A DNA stretch of 64,000 bases. Source: Nanobdellota archaeon. Its GTDB lineage: Archaea; Nanobdellota; Nanobdellia; Pacearchaeales; GW2011-AR1. Where the stretch lies: NCBI GenBank assembly GCA_030648155.1, contig JAUSIK010000008.1:136495-200494 (forward strand), written 5' to 3'. Shown here piece by piece: positions 63,855 to 64,000 of this stretch. A model generated the notes under the pieces. The model was not told the origin of the DNA and did no database searches. It worked only from the letters and a program-made list of their open reading frames with translations. Position 1 is the stretch's first letter. Every line of letters begins with the position of its first letter. Made by a program: the position numbers and the translations under genes.

Positions 63855-64000
63855 ATGAAAAGAGGAATAATATCTATTTTAGCAATAATGTTAATTTTAT
63901 TAGCATTGATTTCAGTAAGCTCTCAATCGGCCAAAGATAAAAAAGACTCCCTGTATTTCATTAGAGGAGATATAAATATAGATGGAAATGTTAATATTAA
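63855..64000 (+). CDS. secreted protein, N-terminal part (dockerin-like repeat start); runs off the window
   Basis: MKRGIISILAIMLILLALISVSSQSA signal-like segment, then RGDINIDGNVNI (dockerin/EF-hand-like). Confidence 0.4.
   Translation, partial: MKRGIISILAIMLILLALISVSSQSAKDKKDSLYFIRGDINIDGNVNI

Overview
This is a strongly AT-rich, gene-dense segment with about 95 supportable ORFs and mostly short spacers. TTTAAATA-type TATA boxes sit about 25-30 nt upstream of starts. By inference from motifs read by eye (no database search was possible), it looks like a small-genome, DPANN-like archaeon. Archaeal markers are PheRS alpha/beta, uS10, L41e, an Rpp30-like RNase P subunit, an Fcf1-type PIN, Ogg2, archaeal UMP kinase, and six tRNA genes. 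Three of the tRNAs carry introns at 37/38: Trp 17 nt, Thr 18 nt, Glu about 99 nt. Bacterial-flavoured genes are also present: GroES/GroEL, DisA, DsbB, CopZ/CopA. Other housekeeping genes are serS, tmk, a long thyX, pyrH, an XPD-like helicase, a MutS-like ATPase and a circularly permuted GTPase. No CRISPR array, rRNA, integrase or transposase was seen. The most unusual items are: (1) A NTase / PhyH oxygenase / glutaminase-less AsnB-like / ATP-grasp block (1-3945) that ends exactly where cysS is truncated and loses its HIGH region. (2) A tRNA plasticity zone at 55.8-59.2 kb. A LAGLIDADG ORF reads into tRNA-Thr, the tRNA-Gln 3' end plus trailer occurs three times separated by hairpin-rich spacers, and tRNA-Glu has a roughly 99-nt intron. 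(3) A roughly 200-bp run of seven consecutive hairpins, two of them GC-rich, between rps10 and a Kef-type antiporter. (4) A roughly 90-nt structured element present twice (9868 and 46119). (5) A 0.5-kb insert between tRNA-Ser(GGA) and a relic copy of a tRNA-Ser 3' end plus trailer. (6) A PadR/DUF5320/LUD regulon marked by three ATATCG-N6-CGATAT palindromes. (7) A three-gene, ATGA-coupled secreted hydrolase operon. (8) A metal/disulfide island around copZA. None of these can be shown from sequence alone to be a new system; the tests that would decide are listed per finding.
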